Source: Acidobacteria bacterium bin61 (lineage in GTDB: Bacteria; Acidobacteriota; Vicinamibacteria; Marinacidobacterales; SMYC01). From it: DNA of 64,000 nucleotides. The notes beneath the pieces were generated by a model that was not told the DNA's origin, did not search any database, and saw only the letters and a program-made list of their open reading frames with translations. Shown here one piece after another: positions 9,512 to 19,663 of this stretch (within the stretch, counting starts at the first letter, position 1; every line of letters begins with the position of its first letter). The translations under genes were made by a program, and so were the position numbers. The stretch spans positions 60,530 to 124,529 of the forward strand of contig CAUZCL010000005.1 of the NCBI GenBank assembly GCA_963578475.1, written 5' to 3'.

Positions 9512-10781
9512 CGGCGACGGTGACCGGGACGTCTATGTCACCGTGCTCGGTACAAACCTCTTGTTCCGTAACGACGGCGACGCCAAGTTCACCGAAATTG
9601 GGAAAGATGCTGGCGTCGACCACGACGGGTTTGGCTCGAGTGCGACCTGGCTCGACTACGACAAAGATGGCGACCTCGATCTCTTCGTGCTCAACTATGT
9701 TCAGTGGTCCATCGAAGAGGATCTCTTCTGTGCGCTCGACGGCCAGAACAAGAGCTATTGCACCCCCGAATCTTACGAAGGCGCGAGCGCGGTTCTCTAT
9801 CGCAATGACGGCAGAGGAAAGTTCACCGACGTGACCAAAGCTTCAGGGCTCGAAAACCCACGCGGCAAGGGACTCGGCGTGGCGGTGTTCGATTTCGATC
9901 TCGATGGCTGGCTCGATATCGCGGTCGCCAACGACACCCAGCCCAACTATCTCTATCAGAACAAGGGCAACGGAACCTTCGAAGATATCGGCGTGCTGTC
10001 CGGGATTGCGTTCGCCGAAAATGGCGCGGCGCGCGGCGCAATGGGGATCGACGCCTCCGACTACGACGCAAGCGGCCGACAGAGCCTCGTCATCGGCAAC
10101 TTTTCGAACGAGATGCTCTCGCTCTACCACAACGAAGGGCCCGGCTTTTTCATCGACCAGGCGCCTGTCTCCGAAATCGGCCGCGCGAGTCTCGTGACCC
10201 TGTCTTTCGCTTCGTTTTTATTCGACTACGACCTCGACGGCCACGAGGACATCTTCGTCGCGAACGGGCATGTCGAGAGCGACATTCACAACGTTCAGCA
10301 GCGCGTGAGCTACGCGCAGCCGCCGCATTTGTTCAAGAACCTCGGCGATGGCCGTTTTCGCGAAGTCACGCAGGAGATGGGCGAGCGCTTCGCCCTCCCG
10401 ATTGTCGGGCGCGGCGCGGCCTATGGCGATATCGATGGCGACGGCGATCTGGACCTCGTGGTGACGACGAGCGGAGGCCCGCCCCGGCTATTTCGAAACG
10501 ATGGAGGGAGCTCGAGCAATTGGATTGGATTCCAGCTTCGGGGCACGACGTCCAACCCGGAAGCCATCGGCGCGTTCGTGCGGGTCACAGCGGCAGGGCG
10601 CACCGAGACGCGGATGGTCAAGAGCGCTTCTGGCTATTGCTCCCAGAGCCAGCTTGCCGTCATCGTCGGGCTCGGCGCCACCGAAAAAGCCGACAAGGTC
10701 GAGATCTCCTGGCCGTCGGACGCCACGCAAACCATCGACGCCCTGGAGTCGAGGCGCATCCACGAAATCATCGAGCCCTAG
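9339..10781 (+). CDS. CRTAC1-family protein (FG-GAP repeats plus ASPIC/UnbV C-terminal domain); N-terminus lacks a signal peptide and may originally have been fused to the upstream cytochrome ORFs
   Basis: Repeated FG-GAP calcium-binding motifs (DYDGDGDRDVYV, DYDKDGDLDLFV, DFDLDGWLDIAV, DIDGDGDLDLVV) and C-terminal UnbV_ASPIC-like sequence (GAFVRVTAAGRTETRMV...SQSQLAVIVGLG). Apparent frame junction with ORF 9149..9511 near 9420-9430. Confidence 0.75.
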   Translation: MMTEKGRSSPARIAIARYCSTPKASPSTNGGGSFEDVTAGSGFDRAVYGMGVAVGDYDGDGDRDVYVTVLGTNLLFRNDGDAKFTEIGKDAGVDHDGFGSSATWLDYDKDGDLDLFVLNYVQWSIEEDLFCALDGQNKSYCTPESYEGASAVLYRNDGRGKFTDVTKASGLENPRGKGLGVAVFDFDLDGWLDIAVANDTQPNYLYQNKGNGTFEDIGVLSGIAFAENGAARGAMGIDASDYDASGRQSLVIGNFSNEMLSLYHNEGPGFFIDQAPVSEIGRASLVTLSFASFLFDYDLDGHEDIFVANGHVESDIHNVQQRVSYAQPPHLFKNLGDGRFREVTQEMGERFALPIVGRGAAYGDIDGDGDLDLVVTTSGGPPRLFRNDGGSSSNWIGFQLRGTTSNPEAIGAFVRVTAAGRTETRMVKSASGYCSQSQLAVIVGLGATEKADKVEISWPSDATQTIDALESRRIHEIIEP

Positions 10782-10980
10782 TGCCAAGGACCTACGCGCC
10801 ACACTCCTGGAATTTCGCGATCGATACGCCTATTTCCATATCGAGGTCGTCTTTTCGCGCAAGGAGCGTTTCGAGCGTGAATGCAAGCTGTACCATCGGA
10901 TGGGTGGCGATCGAGGTCAGCTCGACAACGAGCTCCATCCGCTGCCGCCCCGGGGCCGCAGCTAAAGTGCCCTGTCTGCG

Positions 10981-12624
<1,644 letters not shown>

Positions 12625-12681
12625 TTTTTTCTTGTCTCCAGTTGCAACTAGCCCTTCGGCATGCTTCTATCACAAACGCAC

Positions 12682-13593
12682 ATGCGATTCATGGTCTTTG
12701 GCGCCGGCGCTTTGGGAAGCCTCGTAGCCGCACGCCTATCTTCCGCCCATGAGGTCACTCTCGTCGGACGTCGCGAGCACGTTCTCGCCATCCGTGCATC
12801 TGGCCTGCGTGTAACAGGGCGCACGGAGTGCATCGCTACGACGATCGCGGCTGTCACAGAACCGATCGAGACACCACCCGACGTTGTGCTCGTTACCACC
12901 AAATCCTATGGGACGGCCGGAGCGGTCGAAGCTCTCGCAGGGTTCTCGAAACAGTCGATATTCGTGTCGCTCCAAAACGGTCTCGGGAACGAAGAGATTC
13001 TCGCGGAACGTGTTGAGAACGTTCTCGGCGCCGTGATCAATCAAGGTGTGACGTTCTTGGAGCCAGGCGCTGTCTATCACGCTGGCGAAGGCGAGACCGA
13101 GCTCGGAGCGTTCCAGGGAACGGCACCCGGTGATGCCGAACGGGTCGCCTGTGCGTTTCGCGAGACGGGTCTAGAAGCGCGCGCGGTCGAGGACATCCGC
13201 TCCAGTATCTGGCTCAAAGTCATCCTCAACGCCGCTGTGAACCCGCTCACGGCGCTGCTCGCAAAGCGTACGGGCGAGCTCATTGGCGACCCCGCCCTCG
13301 AAAGCGCCATCCGCCTCATCGTTCACGAGTCCGTCGCGATCGCGCGGGCCGCAGGCGTAGCGCTCGAGGAAAATACCGTCCTCGAGCAAATTTGGAGCGT
13401 TGCGCGCGCGACTAAAGACAACAAATCAAGCATGTTACAGGATCTTCAAAGAGGGCGACGCACTGAGATCGACGCCATCAACGGAGCGCTCTTGGACCGC
13501 GCGCGCTCTCTCGGCGTCGCCGCCCCCCAAAACGAGCTATTATTTCACCTAGTTCGAGCCGCCGGACAGAACAAAACGCCACGTCCAACGTAA
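12682..13593 (+). CDS. panE: 2-dehydropantoate 2-reductase (ApbA/PanE family)
   Basis: N-terminal Rossmann MRFMVFGAGALGS, ketopantoate-reductase family C-terminal helical domain. ORF listed from 12661; the internal ATG at 12682 fits the family N-terminus better. TAA stop. Confidence 0.75.
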   Translation: MRFMVFGAGALGSLVAARLSSAHEVTLVGRREHVLAIRASGLRVTGRTECIATTIAAVTEPIETPPDVVLVTTKSYGTAGAVEALAGFSKQSIFVSLQNGLGNEEILAERVENVLGAVINQGVTFLEPGAVYHAGEGETELGAFQGTAPGDAERVACAFRETGLEARAVEDIRSSIWLKVILNAAVNPLTALLAKRTGELIGDPALESAIRLIVHESVAIARAAGVALEENTVLEQIWSVARATKDNKSSMLQDLQRGRRTEIDAINGALLDRARSLGVAAPQNELLFHLVRAAGQNKTPRPT

Positions 13594-13622
13594 CAACAAT
13601 GTTCAGCCGCGCCTAGGGGGGA

Positions 13623-14237
13623 GTGCCCATGAGCCAGGAACGTCGTCGCCAGTCGATCCCGCGACTGGTCTTGGTGCCTGCCCTCGTTACTCTTGCGCTC
13701 ACCCAGCTTCGACTTACCGGAGATCTGCTCGGCTGGTCCGAGATGGGGCTGCCTTTCGAGATCGCGTGGCTCGTTCCGCTCTTTGGCGCCTATTTTGCGC
13801 TCCATCTGCGGAAAGTGGACGACTCCACGCCGAGCGCAGCACGCGTGCTCCGCGGCACACTTCTCCCGCTCGTGCTCTTTATCACCGGGCTCATCCTGCT
13901 CCGCCCGACGTCCGGCGGGATGGGGCTTTTGTCGCTCATCGCCATCGTCCTCGTGCAACGGAATTGGTCGAGACTCGGAAACGCTCTCCTCACTTACGCG
14001 TTCGCGGCGCGCCTTCCGGTGATCATCACGATGCTCGCCGCCACCCTCGGCCGCTGGGACACGGTCTTCGATGTGTCACCCTACAACACGCTCGCGGGCA
14101 CGCTGCCACAGTTGACGGTCTGGCTCGCATTCACCGTTGTCGCTGGCAGCGTGGCAGCGTCGGCCGCCCTCGCCGTGCGCAAGCGGTACCGCGCTGAGGA
14201 AACGAGGCCGTTTCCTGGCTCCACTGCTCCGGGCTAA
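13623..14237 (+). CDS. Hypothetical integral membrane protein (about 5 TM helices)
   Basis: Hydrophobic segments throughout the 204-aa translation; no recognised catalytic motif. Confidence 0.45.
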   Translation: MPMSQERRRQSIPRLVLVPALVTLALTQLRLTGDLLGWSEMGLPFEIAWLVPLFGAYFALHLRKVDDSTPSAARVLRGTLLPLVLFITGLILLRPTSGGMGLLSLIAIVLVQRNWSRLGNALLTYAFAARLPVIITMLAATLGRWDTVFDVSPYNTLAGTLPQLTVWLAFTVVAGSVAASAALAVRKRYRAEETRPFPGSTAPG

Positions 14238-14378
14238 CAACCACCGATCGGGGCGGCCGGAAGCCTTCCACTTCCCGAGGTCTGGGACCGTTCTTGTCAT
14301 ACCGAACACGATGGGATGCAGAATTAGTGAATGACTCGGTAGGATTTGCTTTGACCGCCCTCCCGCTGGAGCAGATTC

Positions 14379-14900
14379 TCAGAGGCGCGGGTCTTCGAGC
14401 CAAGCATCGAGCTCGGAGAGCCGTGCTGCCTCTTTTGCCCATCGACGCGCATCGTCGCCCAGCGAGGGATGCTTCTTGAGCAGAACCGCAACGTCCAACA
14501 AGTGTCGCGCGGCGCCGGCGCGCAACTTTAGACGCAGCAAGTCCGGTAAGTCGACGACGCGCAGCTCGCCTCCACCGGGTATCGGCACGACCGTCGCGTT
14601 CTCCCACTGAATCGCCACAGGCGGTGGCAAGATTTGAAAGGACACGTCCCCGACGCTCCCGTGAATCACCCAAGGGAGGTCCCCCGCGAGTACGTCTCCG
14701 CGTCTTAGCTCGGTCTCAATCCCATCATTCGTCAGAAGTCGTTGGAGCTCCTCAGGGCTTTCGCTCGATACGAAATCAACATCCTCCGTCGCGCGGACGT
14801 GACCCCAGGCAGAGACGGCCAGCCCATCGATGAGAAGACTCTCCGCCCCAAGGATCGAAGCCACCCGGACGGCCGCTTTAGCGAGGTCATCGTCGTTCAT
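14379..14900 (-). CDS. Minimal nucleotidyltransferase-fold protein (Pol-beta superfamily)
   Basis: hG[S]x9-13 D-h-D pattern: LIDGLAVSAWGHVRATEDVDFV. Internal ATG at 14900 chosen (ORF listed to 14954). Confidence 0.4.
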   Translation of the reverse strand: MNDDDLAKAAVRVASILGAESLLIDGLAVSAWGHVRATEDVDFVSSESPEELQRLLTNDGIETELRRGDVLAGDLPWVIHGSVGDVSFQILPPPVAIQWENATVVPIPGGGELRVVDLPDLLRLKLRAGAARHLLDVAVLLKKHPSLGDDARRWAKEAARLSELDAWLEDPRL

Positions 14901-15146
14901 GACTCGCTTCGACCTTCTCACGAAGCAACGCGCAAAAAGCACTGAGCGCGGCACATCGAAGGATGCGCTCGCCCATTTTCACAGCAAGCTGAGCACGCGT
15001 CCGGTCTTCAGCCTGCATTCGATCGATTTTCTTCGCCACGGAGCTCATGTTCGCCCGAGTGGCCACGTAAGAGCCACCACCCGCTTGTTCCCGCCTCGGC
15101 CGGCGGATATCATGCGCAAACATTGCCACGAATAAGGGGGGCCACC

Positions 15147-17252
15147 GTGTTACGCCGCTTTCTTGTCACCGTCACCGTCTCCCTGGTGGCTGCCGCGAGC
15201 CTCGCGCAGTCGCCGTTCACCCTCGAGCAGATCTTGAGCGCGCCATTCCCCACCACCCTCGTCGCGGCGCCGAATCACGGAAAGCTCGCTTGGGTGCAAA
15301 ATGCCGAGGGGAAACGGAACATTTGGGTAGCGCTAGAGCCGGGCTACGAAGCGCGTCAGCTCACACGCTACGACAAGGATGACGGCCAGGAGATCACCGG
15401 GCTTCACTTCGGTCCGGGGGCGAACCACATCGTGTTCGTTCGCGGCGGAGCACCGAACCGCGCGGGCGAGACCCCAAACCCGCGCAGTGAGCCCGACGGC
15501 GTCGAGCGTTCGATCTGGATCATCGAAGTAGCTAGCGGCGAGCCGCACGAGCTCGCCGAAGGCAGCAGCGCGGTAATCTCTCCGGACGGCGAGACGGTGG
15601 CCTTCGTACACGACGACCAAATCTGGACCGTCCCCGCGGTCGACGAAGGCGAGCCGAAACAGCTATCCGAAACGCGCGGCCGCGCCTCGGAGCTACGGTG
15701 GCCACCTGATGGCTCGAAGCTCGCCTTTGTGAGCCGCCGCGGCGATCACAGCTTCGTTGGCGTCTACAGTTTCACCGAAAAGCGGATTCACTATCTGGAT
15801 CCAGGCCTCGGACGCGATGACGATCCCGTATGGTCCTCCGATGGCGACGAAGTCGCCTTTATCCGCATCCCCAACGAACGCCAACGTCTGCCTTTCGGTC
15901 CACGAAGGGCGGGAGTGCCTTGGTCCATCCGCATCGCCCATGCCGAGACCGGGGAAGGCCGGCTCGTCTTCGAAGCAGACCACGGCATGGGAAGCGTCTT
16001 CCACAGCGTGTCCGCTCAGAACCAGCTCATCTGGGGAGAGGGTAATCGACTGGTGTTTCCCTGGGAGAAAGATGGCTGGACACATCTTTATTCGATCCCG
16101 ACCTCGGGCGGCTCGGCAACGCTTCTGACGCCCGGGGATTTCGAAGTCGAGCATGTGTTCGCGAGCTCGGACAGAACTGAGCTTCTTTACTCATCGAACC
16201 AGGACGACATCGACCGCCGGCACATCTTCCGCGTCGCGGTGTCAGGAGGGCCGCCGCGGGCCGTGACGAGCGGCAACGGGATCGAATGGTCGCCCGTCAT
16301 GACAGGCGATGGCGGTGCCATCGCCTATCTGGCCTCTACCGCCAAAACTCCCGCGCACGCAAAGATCCGCATCGGGACGAGTGGCGACCGTCCGCTCGCC
16401 GCATCGTCGCTGCCGGCCGACTTTCCCAATTCCCTCGTCGAGCCCGAGCAAGTGCTCCTCTCCGCGGCCGACGGAATGCGCTTCCACGGCCAGGTCTTCC
16501 TGCCCGCGAATCACCGCAGCGGCGAACGCCATCCTGCCGTTATTTTCTTTCACGGGGGCTCGCGCCGACAGATGCTGCTCGGTTGGCACTATATGGGCTA
16601 CTACCATAACGCCTACGCACTCAATCAATATCTCGCCAGCCGCGGCTACGTGGTGCTCTCCGTCAATTATCGTAGCGGCGTGGGCTACGGCATGGAGTTC
16701 CGCGAAGCGCTCAACTACGGCGCGAACGGCGCGAGCGAGTTCCAGGACGTCGTAGGCGCCGGGCTGTATTTGAGAGGCCGGGACGATGTCGACCCCGACA
16801 AGATTGCACTCTGGGGAGGCTCCTATGGCGGCTACCTCACTGCTCTTGGCCTCTCGCGCGCGCCCGATCTGTTCGCCGCCGGCGTCGATATCCACGGGGT
16901 CCATGACTGGAATATCGTGATCCGAAACTTTGTTCCAACCTATGACGCCGAGAAGCACGCCGCCTTTGCACGGCTCGCTTTCGAATCGTCACCCATGGCA
17001 TCCATCGACGGCTGGCGAGCTCCCGTGCTCTTGATTCACGGCGACGACGATCGCAATGTCCCCTTCAGTGAGTCGGTCGATCTCGCCGAAGCACTCGCCA
17101 AACGGAATGTCGATTACGAGGAGCTCGTCTTTCCCGACGAGGTCCATGGATTCTTGCTTCACGAGAACTGGCTGAAGGCCTTTCGCGCGGCGGCCGACTT
17201 TATCGACCGCAAGCTCGAAGCCGCGCCATCGTCCACGGAGGAACAACCATGA
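15147..17252 (+). CDS. S9 family serine peptidase (beta-propeller plus alpha/beta-hydrolase; dipeptidyl/acylaminoacyl peptidase-like), secreted
   Basis: Signal peptide MLRRFLVTVTVSLVAAASLAQS after GTG at 15147 (AAGGGGGG RBS). N-terminal propeller, catalytic GGSYGG Ser motif, Asp and His (EVHGF) in the C-terminal domain. Confidence 0.85.
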   Translation: MLRRFLVTVTVSLVAAASLAQSPFTLEQILSAPFPTTLVAAPNHGKLAWVQNAEGKRNIWVALEPGYEARQLTRYDKDDGQEITGLHFGPGANHIVFVRGGAPNRAGETPNPRSEPDGVERSIWIIEVASGEPHELAEGSSAVISPDGETVAFVHDDQIWTVPAVDEGEPKQLSETRGRASELRWPPDGSKLAFVSRRGDHSFVGVYSFTEKRIHYLDPGLGRDDDPVWSSDGDEVAFIRIPNERQRLPFGPRRAGVPWSIRIAHAETGEGRLVFEADHGMGSVFHSVSAQNQLIWGEGNRLVFPWEKDGWTHLYSIPTSGGSATLLTPGDFEVEHVFASSDRTELLYSSNQDDIDRRHIFRVAVSGGPPRAVTSGNGIEWSPVMTGDGGAIAYLASTAKTPAHAKIRIGTSGDRPLAASSLPADFPNSLVEPEQVLLSAADGMRFHGQVFLPANHRSGERHPAVIFFHGGSRRQMLLGWHYMGYYHNAYALNQYLASRGYVVLSVNYRSGVGYGMEFREALNYGANGASEFQDVVGAGLYLRGRDDVDPDKIALWGGSYGGYLTALGLSRAPDLFAAGVDIHGVHDWNIVIRNFVPTYDAEKHAAFARLAFESSPMASIDGWRAPVLLIHGDDDRNVPFSESVDLAEALAKRNVDYEELVFPDEVHGFLLHENWLKAFRAAADFIDRKLEAAPSSTEEQP

Positions 17253-19663
17253 AAACCTTTCGATTTTTTGTCCTCCTGCTCGTCTTGTTCCCAGCGCTTG
17301 CGAGCGCGCAGGAGCTGAGCGTCCCCGGCTTGAAAGACACGGTTGAGATCCTCACGGATCGCTGGGGCGTGGCCCATATCTACGCGAATAACGAGCACGA
17401 CTTGTTTTTTGCCCAGGGCTACAACGCGGCCAAAGACCGCACGTTTCAGTTCGAACTCTGGAGACGCCAAGCAACGGGTACGGTTGCAGAGATCCTGGGG
17501 CGGCGCGAGCTCGACCGCGACATTGGCACTCGGCTCCACATGTTCCGAAAGGACATGCAGCAAGAGCTCAACCATTACCATCCACGCGGCGAGGCGATCA
17601 TCAACGCTTACGTCGACGGCATCAACGCCTTTATCGACGAGACCGAACGCAATCCCGATCTCTTGTCATTGGAGTTCAAGATGCTTGGCATCAAGCCTGG
17701 CAAGTGGACGCCCGCCGTCGTTATCTCACGCCATCAAGGCCTGCTCTCGAACGTCACCAGGGAGATTCGTATTGGCCGCGCCGTGGCCGCGATAGGCCCC
17801 GAGAAGGTCCGGGAGCTCGATTGGTTCCGCCCCGGCGAGCCCGTGCTCGCGCTAGACCCCGTCATCGACGGGGCGCGCCTCGAAGACGACATCCTTCATT
17901 ATTACGAGGCCTTTCGCCGCCCGATCGCGTTCAAACCGGACGACCTCGTCGCGGCCTACCGTAACGACGACACGTCTCACAAGCGTCTCGCCGCGGCCAC
18001 GGAACCGTTCATCTCCAACGGCGACGGCACGGACGCTATCGGCTCGAACAACTGGGTCGTGAGCGGCCGCTTCACGCAGACCGGCTTTCCTTATGTCGTA
18101 AACGATCCACACCGGGTGCTCGCGGCGCCATCTCTGCGCTACTTCGTACATCTCAAAGCACCCGGCTGGAACGTGATTGGAGGCGGCGAGCCAGTGCTCC
18201 CGGGTATCTCGATCGGCCACAACGAAGTGGGCGCTTGGGGGCTCACCGTGTTCGGGCAGGACAATGAAGACCTCTACGTCTACGAAACGAACCCGGCCAA
18301 CCCGAACCAGTACCGCTATCTCGACGGCTGGGAAGAGATGCGGGTCATCAAGGACAGGATCGCGATCAAGGGCGAATCGCCCGAGACCGTCGAGCTCAAA
18401 TATACGCGGCACGGCCCGGTGCTCTTCGAAGACGAAGAGCACCACAAAGCCTATGCGCTCCGTGCGGCGTGGATGGAGATCGGAAACGCCCCCTACCTCG
18501 CCAGCTTGCGTATCAACCAGGCCAAGACGTGGGAAGAGTTCGTCGAAGCATGCTCTTACAGCCGCATCCCGGCCGAGAACATGATCTGGGGTGACATCTA
18601 CAAGAACATCGGCTACCAGGCCGTCGGCATCTCGCCCATCCGCCCGCATTGGAGCGGCCTCGTTCCGGTTCCGGGTGATGGACGCTACGAGTGGGAGGGA
18701 TACCTTCCAATAAACGCCCTTCCGCGGGTGAAGAACCCGGAGAAAGGATTTTGGGCCACGGCCAATAATTACATGCTGCCGGACGATTATCCCTATCCGA
18801 CAGCGATTCACTACACGTGGGGTGACGAGATGCGCGGGCTACGCGTTGACGAGCTGATGGCCTCGGGACGCCGCTTCACTATCGTCGACATGATGCAGTT
18901 CCAGCACGATGACCTCTCGGTGCCGGCGCGCAGCATCGTACCGCTCTTGATCGATATCGAGCCCTCGGATGCGCGCGAGAAGGCCGCACTCGCAAAACTC
19001 GACGATTGGGACTTCGTCGTCGACAAGGATTCCGTCCCGGCCGCGATTTACGTGAGCTTCGAGCGCGAGCTCATGGAGAACGTGCGCGAGCTCTTCGTTC
19101 CCGAAGCGGCGCGCTCCATCCTCACGCGCCTCAATAAAAAGCGGGTTATCGACTGGCTCGTCGCCCCCGACGGCCGGTTCGGTGAGCAGCCGATTGCGGG
19201 ACGCGACGAAGTTTTGGCGAAGAGCTTCTCCGGAGCGATCGCAAGCTTGACGGAGCGTCTCGGCTCGGACATGACGGCTTGGCAATACGGGCAAGAGGCG
19301 TTCAAACACGTCCTCATCCACCATGCCTTGAGCTCCGCGGTCGATGCGGTCACGCGCGAGAAGCTCGACGTCGGCCCCGCGCCGCGCGGCGGCTACGACT
19401 CGACGCTCAACAATACGAGCGGCCGCGACAACCAGCGCTCCGGTGCGTCGTTCCGCGTCATTATGGACGTTGCCAACTGGGACAACTCGATCGGGACGAC
19501 GGCGCCCGGACAGGCGGGCAACCCGGACAGCCCGCATTACCGAGACCTCTTCGAGCTGTTCGTGAAGGGCCAATACTTTCCGCTTTTCTACTCGCGCGAG
19601 AAAGTCGAGTCTGTCACCGAGAGCCGGACGGTGCTCGTACCGGCGGGAGCTACAGATCGTTAG
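17249..19663 (+). CDS. Penicillin amidase (S45) family Ntn-hydrolase (penicillin/AHL/pyoverdine acylase-like), secreted
   Basis: Signal peptide MKTFRFFVLLLVLFPALASAQ. Beta-subunit N-terminal nucleophile context GSNNWVVSG. Size 804 aa typical of PvdQ/QuiP/PGA. ATGA overlap with the upstream gene. Confidence 0.85.
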   Translation: MKTFRFFVLLLVLFPALASAQELSVPGLKDTVEILTDRWGVAHIYANNEHDLFFAQGYNAAKDRTFQFELWRRQATGTVAEILGRRELDRDIGTRLHMFRKDMQQELNHYHPRGEAIINAYVDGINAFIDETERNPDLLSLEFKMLGIKPGKWTPAVVISRHQGLLSNVTREIRIGRAVAAIGPEKVRELDWFRPGEPVLALDPVIDGARLEDDILHYYEAFRRPIAFKPDDLVAAYRNDDTSHKRLAAATEPFISNGDGTDAIGSNNWVVSGRFTQTGFPYVVNDPHRVLAAPSLRYFVHLKAPGWNVIGGGEPVLPGISIGHNEVGAWGLTVFGQDNEDLYVYETNPANPNQYRYLDGWEEMRVIKDRIAIKGESPETVELKYTRHGPVLFEDEEHHKAYALRAAWMEIGNAPYLASLRINQAKTWEEFVEACSYSRIPAENMIWGDIYKNIGYQAVGISPIRPHWSGLVPVPGDGRYEWEGYLPINALPRVKNPEKGFWATANNYMLPDDYPYPTAIHYTWGDEMRGLRVDELMASGRRFTIVDMMQFQHDDLSVPARSIVPLLIDIEPSDAREKAALAKLDDWDFVVDKDSVPAAIYVSFERELMENVRELFVPEAARSILTRLNKKRVIDWLVAPDGRFGEQPIAGRDEVLAKSFSGAIASLTERLGSDMTAWQYGQEAFKHVLIHHALSSAVDAVTREKLDVGPAPRGGYDSTLNNTSGRDNQRSGASFRVIMDVANWDNSIGTTAPGQAGNPDSPHYRDLFELFVKGQYFPLFYSREKVESVTESRTVLVPAGATDR

